Of a stretch of DNA of 64,000 nucleotides, positions 11,726-24,334 are shown in pieces. Positions within the stretch are counted from its first letter, which is position 1; every line of letters begins with the position of its first letter. The notes below the pieces were generated by a model. That model was not told the DNA's origin. It saw nothing but the letters and a program-made list of their open reading frames with translations, and ran no database searches. The position numbers and the translations under genes were made by a program. The stretch covers positions 12,648,001 through 12,712,000 of the forward strand of contig NC_090330.1 of assembly GCF_035084215.1 (NCBI RefSeq), given 5' to 3'. The stretch is from Heptranchias perlo. Lineage: Eukaryota.

Positions 11726-13148
11726 ACGGTTTTAATTTTTTTTGGGGGGCGGGGGGGGGGGGGTGCGGAAGGGAGGGAAGGAATACATTTTGTGCTCGAC
11801 CAGGCTTTCTTAGCTGCATAAAGCATGCCCAGATCAGGTAGCTCATAACCAAATGCAGAGAAAAGCACTCTCCACTCTACAACAATGTGCTTCAACATCC
11901 ATCTCAGAAGACCAATTCCTGATGCATTGAGAAATTTTCCACTCATCGCAAAATATATGTTTGTGGCATCGCCAATTGTGCCAAATCGAAGTAGTTTTGT
12001 GCTCTGTCGCACGTCAACTTGGAACCAAGATCAGACTGTTCAAACTAATTTCACGTAGGAAACCTCCAGCAAACAAGCAGAAGCAGTTTACGCCCCATTA
12101 CTCTATATTGGAATTAAATGCAAATCCCAGAGTGAATGGACAGCATGATAACTCACTGCACCATCAAGGGGTATGATCCAGGTCTTCAAAATGCTGAAAG
12201 AAATTGATATGCGGAAACAAGCAGGTTATTTAACTTAAACTACTACTGCAGCAGAAAAAGAGACGAGAAGGCAGTCATTGCCAACTCAGCAGGTATCTTG
12301 AATTGACATCAAAATTAATTTTATTAACTCCTTCAAAAAGGAGTCAGATACATAACTGTTAAGAATGAGCGTGAGATGACGAAATACATTTTGCTCTAGT
12401 CCTGTTGGAACTGTGGAAATGCAATTAGTCAGGATTGAATAATGTAGATGGCAACGTTAGACAGATACCCTGGCCAATCTGTAGCTTAACACAATGGAGA
12501 AGCAATCTCAGCCACAGTAGTGATTGCTGGTTCAATTCTCCATTCTCCAGTATTTCCAATCTCTGCCATGTCACTGAGGAGATGGAATGTCCTCAGAGAA
12601 GGATCATAAAATTGCAAATAGTCATGTAACTAACTTATTCTTGCACAAGTCCTAGCGGTTGGAATATAAACAATACTGGGAAGTCAGCTGGCTCTACCTC
12701 AAAATCGATATGCCATTTTCAATCAGCTGTCTTTATTTCAGAAGAAATTTCACAGTGTTTAATTTTCTTGGGAATTTAATATGTTCATTCAACACCTTCA
12801 TGAGATTATAGAAATTGGACAAGAGTACACGACAGTGCAAGCTGCATACTTGTTGCTGGAAGAAGCTGGCTCCTTTTCTGCTTTATGTTCTTAAAAAGGT
12901 CAATATAATACCGTTGTCTGGTTAATATGTCACGACGTTTCAGATACCTCCAAAGATATGGATTCTGTAAATGCACCATTTTTGGTGTAGGGTGAAAAAA
13001 TTATTTTTTTATGATGGAGAGATTTTGCAGTAAAGTCAGCAATTGTTTCATTTAGAGCAGAGCAAAAATCACGATTGGAGCCAGTGAAGTAAGCGGCCTA
13101 TAATTTCTTTTATGAAAGTTAAGAGTCACTAACCTAGAAGTCCCTTAC

Positions 13149-13273
13149 CTTTCTCACTGATCTTACTGAAACATCACCATACCCATCGCTCTCCATAGCA
13201 CTAATTGTAGATTCTACACTGTGAGAAAGGTAAACTTCAACTAGCTTTTAAATGTCATGATTCCAAGGAGAAC
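13149..13273 (-). other. Candidate internal exon (125 nt) of the gene starting at the 19-kb CpG island (probably NIPA2 5' region)
   Basis: Minus-strand acceptor TTTCTTTTTCCTCGCATTTGTTTGCAG|G and donor AAG|GTAAGG. Contains a short uORF (MTFKS*) and an ATG open to the donor (MESDGYGDVSVRSVRK). No homology recognised. Confidence 0.5.
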
Positions 13274-15829
13274 CTGCAAACAAATGCGAGGAAAAAGAAA
13301 TCAACATTCTGCAACTGCTTTCCCATCATTTAGAAGCATCTATTCAAGGCACTGCATCTCCCGTTATAAAACTGTTGAAAAATAAATTTAACAACTTCAC
13401 AGCACAGTTGAGCATAGCTAAAATTACTCCTGCTTTAATAAAGAATAAAAATGCCAAACAGTGTTTTAAATATAGGATGCCTTTCAATGAATTATCAAAC
13501 TCATTAAGGAGCTACCAGGTAACAATTTTCTTTTGGTTTCTTCTTTCTTTTAAAGCATGTATGTTTAACCACATCAGGAATAATGGGATTTAACATTATT
13601 TTGGGTGTATTGCTGCTAACAGGGTACGTGCCAATAAATAGCAATCCTGCAGTGCAGAACTTATAATACTACCAGGTCTGTTTTGGAAGCAATCTCTTTT
13701 TTTTGTAATGCAGCAGGTATTTTTCATTCAATCACCCTCATCATTAATATGGGATAACAGAGACTGGAGTGCAGTTCAAGTTAGGATCACGTCAATGATT
13801 GCAATGAGATGCAAGTACATTGATTTCCCACCCCCCCCAAACCGGCAGGGCTTATCTGAGGTTGGGGCTAAGGCCAGTTTATCACTCGAGTACAGAAACT
13901 TTTCCTGATCTTCACTATAAATTTTAGTTTGCTTCACTGTATCACTCTCTTTTATAACCAACTCTCAACGAACAACACATTCAAGGAACTCCAGTGAGAA
14001 TGAAAACTACATTCATAATCCATGTATTGCACTTAATTATTGAGGCCAAGTATGAGGAGACTATTGTCCTAACTGTATTATCTGCGACATGGGATTACTT
14101 AATGACAACTCTGGAGAGTGTTCCCATTCCCCAGAACTAACTTCCTTAGAGAGCACCAAATTCACAGAAAGTTCAAGGTATAAATAATATACACCGGACG
14201 ACTGTTAGTGCTTTCAGAAAGTTTTGCCTGAGGCAGATGACTTTGCAGACAACAGTGGCTTTTTGACCAAATCGCCTGGTTTGAGATGGAGTAATATTAC
14301 GTTTTATTTTACTGTGCACTACAGGAAAATAACAAACCCTGTATACAAGACAGTAAGGCACTCTAGGACTCAGATGGCATTGGTAAACCTTTGAATTTTG
14401 TTCTATTTATGTTATCAACGTTAAGATGTGTTTCTGGCATGTAACACACACCTATGTATTCATTAAGCCGTAAATTAAATACATTTATTAACCTCTAGAT
14501 ATCACAGAATACCTTAGTTATTATGCAATTGCACCCTTTTAGTAAATCCAGCAAAGTACAGGAATGTTGTGTTAAACCCCTAGGTTGCCATCATTTCTGG
14601 CACACTCCACAGCAACAGATTTAAATAGAAACTTTCCAGTATTTAATCATCATCTTGTATAGATTGTATAAAACAAAAACACAAGTCCATTTCAAGGGTG
14701 AAACACATCTCAGGATTGATACGAGATTTACTGCACAACCTGATGTATAAGTTGCATCATTAATCTTTAGCTGCGCTTTAAAATATGAGTGCCAGCTTAT
14801 ATAGTAGACAACTTAGCACCTTTTTAACATTATTTTACATATTTATTGATATCATTTTCCTCAATGTCACACATTTTCCTCACATGGTATTAGGAAGAGG
14901 TTATATTAGTGTATCTGTACATCTCCCTCAAATTCGTTTCAAACACACTGCAAAGTATCTATTATTCTTTAATAAATATTTAACACGGTGCTCCCTGTTA
15001 ATCTGGTGGCAAGCACTGCTCACATGGTGCTATTGATCTTTGGGTTAAAATGCCACCAACTGTGCCATTTTGACACTGCTCAATCTTTGCAACTATATTG
15101 ATATAAACACATCAAAAAGGAAACAATTATAAACACTAACATACTGAAAATATCTGGAATTTCTTTGTGTCACTCATTCCAATAAATAATTTTGTGAAGG
15201 TCTTGATTTCTAAACATCCAGATATTCCAGTTTCAAGCAGTCACTCTGATTTGTCTGAGTTACCAACTACAATCCTAAGAAATGAGCTTTAATATAGTAA
15301 ACATATATGATATATAATATTCAAAATAAAAGATACTGAAGAATTAATTAAAGGCATTAATCAACCCTCAGGGCTCAGAAAATAGTCATATGCCACTCAA
15401 GCTTTGACTTGCAGTTTCTGAATTATGCCCTCGTACTCTACTTTGCAGTATTATGTATTTATTCTATAGTAAAGCCCTTGGCATAAGTTCAGTTTTTTTG
15501 TCAATTCATATAATCCTGCTCTAGGTTGAATTTTAATCAATCACTTTAAAAGTTACAGTGAACTACCGTCTACTCCTGATAATTCTGGGTTTTTTTTTGC
15601 ACTAAAAAATTTGAATGATCCAGTTGAATTACCAATGTAAATACAGAATTGTGGGAATTTCAGTATTAAAGAAATTGCATTTTGAGATCATTTGAGTTAA
15701 GCAACTTTGAACTTGAAACAAACTTGCATTTATTTGGCACCTTTCACAAGCTCAGGATCTTTCAAAGTGCTTCACAGCCAATGAAGTACTTTTGAAGTGT
15801 AGTCACAGTTGTAATGTAGAATAATGGTG

Positions 15830-16410
15830 TTGAAATAGCTACGGATGAAGCTGACAGAGACCAAGGAGCCTTAGTAGACTTGACTTGACTCTAAACATGT
15901 CCAATGCAGAGCAGTAATCAACAAATACAACAGCATATTAAACTACATAGCCAGAACAGGAAGTTGTGATGAAAACGTATAATGTTCTAGTCAGACTGCA
16001 CCGTAAATATTGCATCTAGTTCTGGTTGCCGAAACACAAGGGAGATACTCAAGTGTTGAAGCCAATGCAGAAAAGAGCTATGAGGCTGGTCCCTCAGTTC
16101 AAAGATCTGAGTTATGAGGAAAGACTGGAGGTATCCAAGAAGCAATCTTGGAGGCATACGATAGTTAAGGGAATGGAAAAAGGTTTATTACCTTAATTTA
16201 AATTGCAAGGGTAGGACAAGGGGACACAAGCTCCAACTAGTAAAAGATAAATTTAGGACGAATATCAGGAAATTGTTCTCACACAGCGATGGATGAAAAG
16301 AACGGACTGCCAAACAATTAGATACTGCAATGCACAGACTTTAAGATCTTTCTGGGTGGATGGATGGATAAATGAATTAGAATGAGCCGAGTGGCCTTGC
16401 TCGTCCATAA
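15830..16410 (+). mobile_element. Old CR1 LINE 3' fragment
   Basis: YCI.FW.P, LSYEERL and RTRGH motifs, followed by a CR1-type 3' UTR. Confidence 0.7.
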
Positions 16411-16750
16411 TTATCTTGCTGTAATGCTGCATTTTTCTCATCACCTGGAGTGACACCATTGCTTCTCCTTCATACAATGCACTTCCTGAAGGACAACAGT
16501 CAAAACCTGTTTTCTAGTCTATGGCTGCACGAGAAAACTTTCTGTAGAATTTTGGGTGATGGGCAAAAAAGTGTACACTTTTAAATTAGACAAATTTCAG
16601 CACAAATTTTAGAACACTAGACACAATTTTACACACAGCTACAAAACAAAGGCTGGCTATAACGATATTTTAATTCACCAACTTGCACTGCATCAAATAA
16701 TGACACTGCCCCACAATGGTAACAAAATATGTTACCATTGTGGGGCATTG

Positions 16751-17318
16751 CGGGGAACACTTCAGCAGTCAAGGACATTCAGCCACCGACCTTCGGGTAA
16801 GCGTACTCCAAGGCGGCCTTCGAGACACACGACAACGCAAAATCGTCGAGCAGAAATTGATAGCCAAGTTCCGCACCCATGAGGACGGCCTCAACCGGGA
16901 TCTTGGGTTCATGTCACGCTACACGTTACCCCACCAGCGAACAAATGTTATCTGTTTTTAATATAACGGGTCAGTTGCTGTCTTTTCTATGTTTCTACCT
17001 CTCTATCTGTTTTTCTTTGTTTGTTGTTTTTTTTGGTGATTTGTATATTCTGAGACCTGGCAGGTAACACCTGTCTGTCTGCACACTGATTGCCTTGGCA
17101 TCAGGCAGTTGAAAAAACTGTCTGTTATCACCAAGCATTGTTCTGTGAATTATAAATGCGACTTCATTTTGAGGATTTCATTTCCACATCGTTCACCTGA
17201 GGAAGGAGGTAGCCTCCGAAAGCTTGTGAATTTAAAATAAAATTGCTGGACTATAACTTGGTGTTGTAAAATTGTTTACAATTGTCAACCCCAGTCCATC
17301 ACCGGCATCTCCACATCA
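16751..17318 (+). mobile_element. 5'-truncated PLE family A with hammerhead (CTGAGGA..GAAA, ~17192-17230) and tail
   Basis: GEHFSSQGHS..GLNRD. CAAAATATGTTAC repeated at 16723-16735 and 17317-17329. Confidence 0.92.
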
Positions 17319-18879
17319 AAATATGTTACAAGGAAGATTTCTCTACAGCACAGCAATAAATGTTTTACAGGATTTTTATCTGTCACCACAGAATATTAAA
17401 ACTTGCTACTTGTTAAATAAGACGATGTGAAAGTCAAAGCATTATTCTCAGTCACAATGGCACAAAGTTGTGCTACAGCACAAATCTCCTTCCCTTCTCT
17501 TTTCCCCCAAACAATGTTTTGTGCCAAAACTTGCAGGCTGACTACTAAATTTGACATTGAATTTACCCTCAGATTGCCTGGCAATAGTTTTGTGCTACCT
17601 CATCGAATCTCAATCATGCGGAACAAGCTGCGCAAGTGACTATTTTAAAGATGCATTACAGTTTTAGCTAAGCGCCAACATTTAAGGGACTCCCATTTAA
17701 AGCACGAGAATTCCTAATATTAGCCTTAATACTTGGTTACCTCAACTTGTCACACTGGTTCATACCAGTGAGTGCACTGCACTTTTTTCTGGGGAGGTGG
17801 TGGTGAAGGAGTGAGATTAAGGAGGGAGCAAGTGGATAGAGCTGTTGCCCCATACTGTCAAAATGTTTCTCTTATCAGCTAACCAAAGAGCATCATTGAT
17901 GGTGAACATAACCCCTGCCCCACATCATCACAGCACCACCCAGCAGTACAACATTGTGGTGGCTGCTGGTCTGAATATAGATGAATAATTGGAGAGGGCA
18001 AAGAGAAAGAAAATCACAGACCAGTAACAGCAATTTTGAAATATGCAACCAGAATAAATATTACTTGTTTACACAGATCTTATATTTAAAAATAAAAATA
18101 CACATTTGAAACATTATTATATAAACTGGGCTCAGACAAATGAAACTGCCTTTCTCTTTCCTCACCAGCCCATCAGCTTTTAATTATTAATCAGAGACAG
18201 TTGCACTGGGGAAACATCAAGCATGAAATGATCCAGAAATGAGACACAAATCAGAAACCCATTTAATCATAGGAAGCGGTCACCCTCCCTCCCTCAGATA
18301 CATATGGGATACAATTTCAAAAGAGCAAATTTCCTAAAACAGATCTGAATGCATCCAGCCTATCAGTTAGTATTAAAATTTACCTCCATACTGTTGGAAA
18401 AAAATAAATGCAGCTACATGCAGATTCGGCAAAAATGTATCTCCAGTCAATAATAAAATAATTGTAGCTCCATGCAGTTGTTGACATTTGTTTCCATACA
18501 ACTAATAAAATAATTGCTTCCATACAGACGACGAAGATAAATTTATCCCTACAGGGCTGATGAAATGTATTTAATTCAAATGCCACATATAATGTCCAAT
18601 AAAATAAAAAAATTGCTTTATAAAGTCCGATTCAAGGAAGTTTTTTTTTTGCCAGGTACAAAATTTAAACACAACGGGCCGTAATTACAAAATTAAGGAC
18701 GGCAAAGGAAAATGCAGGAGGAACTTTTCACGAAAACAAAAAGGTGGTAAGTTTGTGAACAGATTTCAGGCAGAGGGGTGTGTGTGGGTGGAACAAGAAG
18801 TCAGAACAGATTTCACGAAGGAACGAAGACAGGTTCTTGTCAACAAATGTGATTCAAGGTTAGGAGAAATGCACCAACT

Positions 18880-19535
18880 GAACACTGTGGACGGGTGGGC
18901 TGGACGGACGGACGGACCGACGGACGGATCGACGGCCGGCCTCCTCCTCCTGCCTCACGCCGTGTTATGGTGTGACTGAAGTCGGTGAAAATCCAGCTCC
19001 CAACAGCCGATGACAGTAAATGTTCTCGCCCCCCCCGCCGCAGACAACCGGGCGAACGGACCTCGGATCCCCGCCACTTTCTTTCCCCCGCCTCTCCATC
19101 GATTGTGAATCGACTCTCGGGATCGATCCCCCCCCCTCCTCCTCCTCCAGGACGCCTCGGGGGTGTCGTGAACCGAGCAGAGACCGGGCCTGTTCGAGGC
19201 GTCGCCTCGGCCAGCGACACCGACTCTTTCCTTCGCGCAATGCCGCCCTTTCAAACCGCCTAGTGCCGGGGGTGGGCGGGGCCTGATTGCCCGGAGCTGT
19301 TATTTGCATTGGCGCTGACGTTACTTACCGCCTGTCCCCGCCGGTGCCGCCCGCTGTCTCGCTCCTCATCCTCTCTCTCTCTCTCTCCCCGCTCCGCTCC
19401 CACCTCTTCACGGATCGCAGCAAGGGAAACAACAGACCGCGTTAAAGAGAGGCCCCGCCCTTCCCTTCAGTGCCTGCTCCGCCTGCAGTAGCGCCACCTG
19501 CCGGCGGGGAGGCCAATTTTGCTGCGTGTCGGCTC
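18880..19535 (-). promoter_or_regulatory. CpG-island promoter and first exon (donor GCG|GTAAGT at 19329/19328) of a minus-strand gene, probably NIPA2
   Basis: Dense CpG in an otherwise CpG-poor region. GC boxes (GGGCGGGG ~19274, CCCCGCCC 19453-19460) and a consensus donor. Gene identity is inferred only from NIPA1-NIPA2 tandem synteny in other vertebrates. Confidence 0.7.
19489..19505 (-). promoter_or_regulatory. CTCF-like motif
   Basis: GCCGGCAGGTGGCGCTA matches the CTCF core consensus and sits at the CpG island edge next to the repeat cluster. Confidence 0.6.
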
Positions 19536-19576
19536 ATTTCTGTTCACGCAAGAGTTTTAACATAGAATGATACTCA

Positions 19577-19911
19577 TGATGTGGAGATGCCGGTGATGGA
19601 CTGGGGTTGACAATTGTAAACAATTTTACAACACCAAGTTATAGTCCAGCAATTTTATTTTAAATTCACAAGCTTTCGGAGATTTTCTCCTTCCTCAGGC
19701 AAATGTTTCAAGATCTCCTTGAAGCCTACCTTCACAAGCTTTCGGAGATTTTCTCCTTCCTCAGGCAAATGTTTCAAGATCTCCTTGAAGCCTACGGAGC
19801 CTTCAAGGAGATCTTGAAACATTTGCCTGAGGAAGGAGAAAATCTCCGAAAGCTTGTGAATTTAAAATAAAATTGCTGGACTATAACTTGGTGTTGTAAA
19901 ATTGTTTACAA
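19577..19911. mobile_element. Mini palindromic PLE family A with an internal 66-bp tandem duplication (three hammerhead motifs)
   Basis: ATAGAATGATAC repeated at 19562-19573 and 19911-19922. Unit repeated at 19665 and 19731. Plus-arm hammerhead at 19822-19860. Confidence 0.9.
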
Positions 19912-19928
19912 TAGAATGATACAGCACA

Positions 19929-20415
19929 GATGTAAGGTATCTTACAACACCAGGTTATAGTCCTGATGTGCAGATGCCGGTGATGGACTGGGGTTGACAA
20001 ATGCAAACAATCTTACAACACCAAGTTATAGTCCAACAATTTTATTTGAAAATCACAAGCTTTTTGATTGTGATTTTCAAATAAGCTTGTGATTTTCAAA
20101 TAAAATTGTTGGACTATAACTTGGTGTTATAAGATTGTTTACATAGGTTATAGTCCAACAGTTTTATTTGAAAATCACAAGCTTTCGGAGGCTTTCTCCT
20201 TCGTCAGGTGTAGTGTGGGATTCCTTGAAATTTATCGCATATATCGACAGAGATCAATGCCTGGTGATTACAGATAATCTTTCCAACTGCCCGTTGTCAC
20301 GGCAATCAGACAGAGAGACATTAGGTACAAGACTACTGGATATACAAACGGCCAGAACCAAAGACAGAGAGAGAGAGAGAGAGAAACATCCGAAAGGAAG
20401 AGAAAGAGAGAGAAT
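19929..20415 (-). mobile_element. PLE family A 3' UTR fragment (tail-less), interrupted by a mini palindrome and itself inside a CR1 3' end
   Basis: Homologous to 107-440. Hammerhead on the minus strand at ~20175-20210. CR1 tail resumes at GAGGCCATTCGGCCC, ~20416. Confidence 0.8.
19964..20144. mobile_element. Mini palindromic PLE family A (arms end before the hammerhead)
   Basis: TSD AGGTTATAGTCC at 19952-19963 and 20145-20156. Confidence 0.88.
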
Positions 20416-20883
20416 GAGGCCATTCGGCCCACCGTGCCTGTGGCCGGCTCTTTGAAAGACCTATCCAATTAGTACCATTCCCCCAATAGCCCTGCAAATT
20501 TCCCCCCTTCTAGTATTCCACCACCCTTTCAGGCGGTGCATTCCAGATCATCAAAAAAAAAATTCTCCTCATCTCACCTCTGGTTCTTTCACCAGGAGGA
20601 GGTTGCTGAAATAAATGCTGGAAATGCAATGCCAGCAGAGTTTTCAGTGCGACCCTTTGTCAGTCTGGCCAGTTCTAACCAAAACATTTATTTGCGACTC
20701 ACTGTTCTGATGCTCTTTGATGATTGCTTTAATGCCCCTATCATCTTTTTACCATGGACATAGATTTACTGTACACCTTGCTCCCACACCAGGAGGAGCT
20801 CTGGGGCCTCCCGTGATTTCTCAAATAGTGGTCCAACAAATCCCCACCCATCTTCTTCGCTTGTCTGAACTTATTTTCAACTT

Positions 20884-20977
20884 TTGTAAACAATTTTACA
20901 ACACCAAGTTATAGTCCAGCAATTTTATTTTAAATTCACAAGCTTTCGGAGATTTTCTCCTTCCTCAGGCAAATGTT
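20884..20977 (-). mobile_element. Solo tail-less PLE family A end with hammerhead
   Basis: TTTCAACTT repeated on both sides. Confidence 0.8.
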
Positions 20978-21096
20978 TTCAACTTGAACAACTAATTTCT
21001 CCAGATAAGAGGTGTTGCTGTGGGAACCAGCAAGTAGTCCCAACTGCACTGTCTTTTTGTAGGATACATGTAGGGCAATCTTTGTTTCAAATCTAC

Positions 21097-21224
21097 ATTT
21101 ACCTGAGGAAGGAGGAAGTCTCCGAAAGCTTGTGAATTTAAAATAAAATTGCTGGACTATAACTTGGTGTTGTAAAATTGTTTACAATTGTCAACCCCAG
21201 TCCATCACCGGCATCTCCACATCA
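21097..21224 (+). mobile_element. Solo tailed PLE family A end with hammerhead
   Basis: CAAATCTAC repeated at 21088-21096 and 21223-21231. Confidence 0.85.
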
Positions 21225-21929
21225 AATCTACTCAGCATCCTCCCTCCACCTTTCTTTTTTACATTGATGCTTGCTGTCACTCTGATATTGAGAATTTCAT
21301 TAATTACGCTTCTAGTTTCCCCCCATCAATCACTTTCATGTGGTCCATGTCTGACCCTTCCCTTCCTGGACTTTTCCTTTTCTATCTCTGATGATGGGCT
21401 TTCCACAGAAATCTATTAAAAGCTCATTGATTCCCACAACTACCTGGAGCATAATTCTACCCAGCCTGCTTCCTGTAACGACTCCATGGCTTTCTCCCAG
21501 TTTCTCCATCATCGTCGCATCTGCTATGATGACTCCATCTTCCACACCAGAGCCTCTGAAATGACTTTTTTTCTCAATCGAGGTTCCCCCTCCACGATGG
21601 CCAAGGTTATCCTTGAGTGTATCCATTCCATTTCCTATACCCCTGTTGTCACCTCCTCCCCCTCCTCTCACTAGAACAGGATATCGCACCTTCCACCCCA
21701 CCAGCTTCCATATTTGCCAGATCATTTGTCACTTACACTGCTTATAACATGATCTCACCACCAAGCACATCTTCCCCTCCCCATCCCTCTCCACTTTCTG
21801 GAAGGAACTTTCCCTCCACAATATACTTGTCCACTTTTCCACCACCCTAACTTTCCACCTTCCCCTACCACTTTCCCATCTAACTGCAGAAGGTGCAACA
21901 CTTATGTTCAAAAGGGTTAGGAGCATTAT

Positions 21930-22790
21930 GGCTATAAGAGCAGTCACTGATGCTGGATCAGGGAAAGTGAAGAACAATGAGTAAATCCAGTACTAGAGGA
22001 TCCTGAAAGGGACAGCTGGAGAACATCACTGAGGGGCAATGGGATGAGACCATGGAGGGATTTGAAAGCAAGGGCAAGGATCATAAAGTCAGTTTGTTTT
22101 GACATGGGAACTGAATAGAGCTTGGCAAGGTCAGAGACAATGGGAGTGCAGCTGAGGACATTTTGAGTAAGTTGTAGTTTGTGGACCATGGAGGCTGGCA
22201 AGAGTATTGAAGAAGTAAACCCCCATATGTTAAAGGTGTGGATGACAGTTTTGGCAGCAGTGGGGAAGAGGTAGGTGAAGAGGTAAGCAATATTCCAGAG
22301 GTAGAGGAAGGTAGTTTTGGTAATAGATTGAACATGAGGAAACAAGCTCAGCTCAGGATTGAGCACTGTGTCAAAGTTCCACAACTCTGGAATTACCTTA
22401 AGGCAGCAGTTAGAAAGGTTTAAGAAGTCAAGGCCACAAATGTTGTCAAGAACTGAAGAGGATGGCTTCAATCTTGCAGACAACAAGGAGACGTTATTGG
22501 TGAATATGTGGGGGCTAAATCCCATGCTTCTGGATGATGTTGCCAAAGGGTAGTATATAAATAATGAAAAGGAGGGCAGCAAGGGTGGAACCCTCTGATA
22601 CACTGGAGGTGTTGTTTGAGCATTGGAGGAGAACCATTAGAGGGGATATAATACGTTTGCTGCAACAGGGATGAGTGGAAATATAATAAAACAGTGGATT
22701 GGAGAAAAGAGACATTGTAGATGGATGGAGTTATTGACATTATGTCAGAGGCCACAGAGACGTCACGGAAGATAAGAAAAGACAGTCACA
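21930..22790 (-). mobile_element. Old L2 LINE RT fragment
   Basis: IYILPFGNIIQKHGI, ELSLFPHVQSITKT.F, HKLQLTQN motifs. Confidence 0.7.
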
Positions 22791-22949
22791 ACTTCATGAT
22801 GCATTTACTACAAAGGAAGCTAAGAAGTTACTTTTCAAAATAGCTTTCACTAAGGAAATACAGCATACACCAAAGGTGCAGGAAAATTTGGGGAAGGGAA
22901 AGAAACTGGAAAATAAATAACAAAAGAAGTTTCATTCATTGCTTTCAGA

Positions 22950-23495
22950 GGAACAGGCCATTCAGCCCCATGTGCCTGTTCCCCTTTCAATTAGATCATG
23001 GTTGATATGTATATTAAATCCATTTACCCACCTTAGTTTCATATCCCTTAATACCCTTCCCTAACAAAGATCTATTAATCTCAATTTTGAAATTTTCAAT
23101 TGACTTAGCCTCAACAGCTTTTTGGGGACAGAGTTCCAGATTTCCACTACCCTCTGTGTGAAGAAGTGCTTCCTGACATCATCCCTGAACAGCTTAGCTA
23201 TAATTTTAAGGTTATGTCCCCTTGTTGTGAACTCCCCCCCCACCCCCACCAGAGGAAATAGTTTCTCTCTATCTACCCTATCAAATCCTTTAATCATCTT
23301 AAATACCTCAATTAGATCACCCGTTAATCTTCTGTACTCAAGGGAATACAAGCCTAGTCTATGGAACCTGTCCTCATAATTTGATCCTTTCAGCCTCAGC
23401 CTCAGTATCATTCTGGTAAAAGTGCACTGCACCCCTTCCCAGGCCAATATATTCTTCCTGAGGTGCCCAGAACTGAACACAGTACTCCAGATATA
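22950..23495 (-). mobile_element. CR1 LINE 3' end
   Basis: YEDR..LGLYSLE.RRL.GDLIEVFK..TRGH..FFTQRVV..WN. Confidence 0.88.
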
Positions 23496-24334
23496 TAGCA
23501 CAAAAGACTGGAGCAGAAAGGGCATCAATGTCCTGTGTAACTGGCCCACAAGAGATTACAGCAGCATTTTCTTCCCCTGCTGAGAGATGTCACTCATTAC
23601 TTCCCTACCTACCTACCCCCACCCACAATGACTGACATGGCTCAGATTGAGAACTGAGTGTAGCAAGACTCAAAACTTGCAGATGTCTTGCTTTGCAGCA
23701 TGGAGTGTTAAAATACCAGTCATTTTCTACCTTTGATTTGTGATAGTTTTATGCAGTCATGGTTCATTGCACATAGACCTTACATTACAGATATGCATTA
23801 TATATGGAACAACTTAGCACATGGAATGCAACCGTGGAGGGCTTGTGGACAGTCCCAGCCATTTGTATTATTATTTATTGTTTCCTCCTTGGACACAGGT
23901 AATTAGAAAAGCATTCTATAAATTTCTTGTCTTTTTTGATCCATAATCCATTTGGCTCCCTTCCAGCTGGGTGTCTTGTCACACATATTCCTGTTTGCGT
24001 AATATATGTAAAGATATTGCTGGTATAGCTTAACTGGTGCTGGCAATAGGCTAGAAACAGAGACTGCAGCAAGAAGGAAACTGAAGAGTTTTCTTGTATT
24101 CAAATCTACAAGAGTCACTGTGGTGAATATCAGGACACCGTGCTGGGTCCAGGCCAACAGCGAACTGAGTAATTGCTTTGATTTCTCTTAACATATTTTG
24201 CCAGTAGGATTGAGGTTTTGGGGCCACCTAGAAGATATAGAGGTTAGTGTCCTTTTGTCAGCATGTTCCTGAAAGTTTGGGATTCTATATGTAAGTCACT
24301 GTAAGCTTATCAAATGATCAGATGACGACGACGA

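Larger units (their letters stand above)
20750..21900 (+). mobile_element. Old PLE (family B-like) RT region, hit by two family A ends
   Basis: LLRLSELIF..QIRGVAVGT..LFVGY..FYIDA and MAFSQFL..RRIC..FFLNRG motifs. Confidence 0.7.

Noticed and set aside
1-18800. NIPA2 coding exons
   Set aside because: No NIPA2-like peptide was seen in the window; the gene identity remains a synteny inference.
18755-19491. Several overlapping ORFs in the CpG island
   Set aside because: Low-complexity products expected from GC-rich DNA; no recognisable protein.
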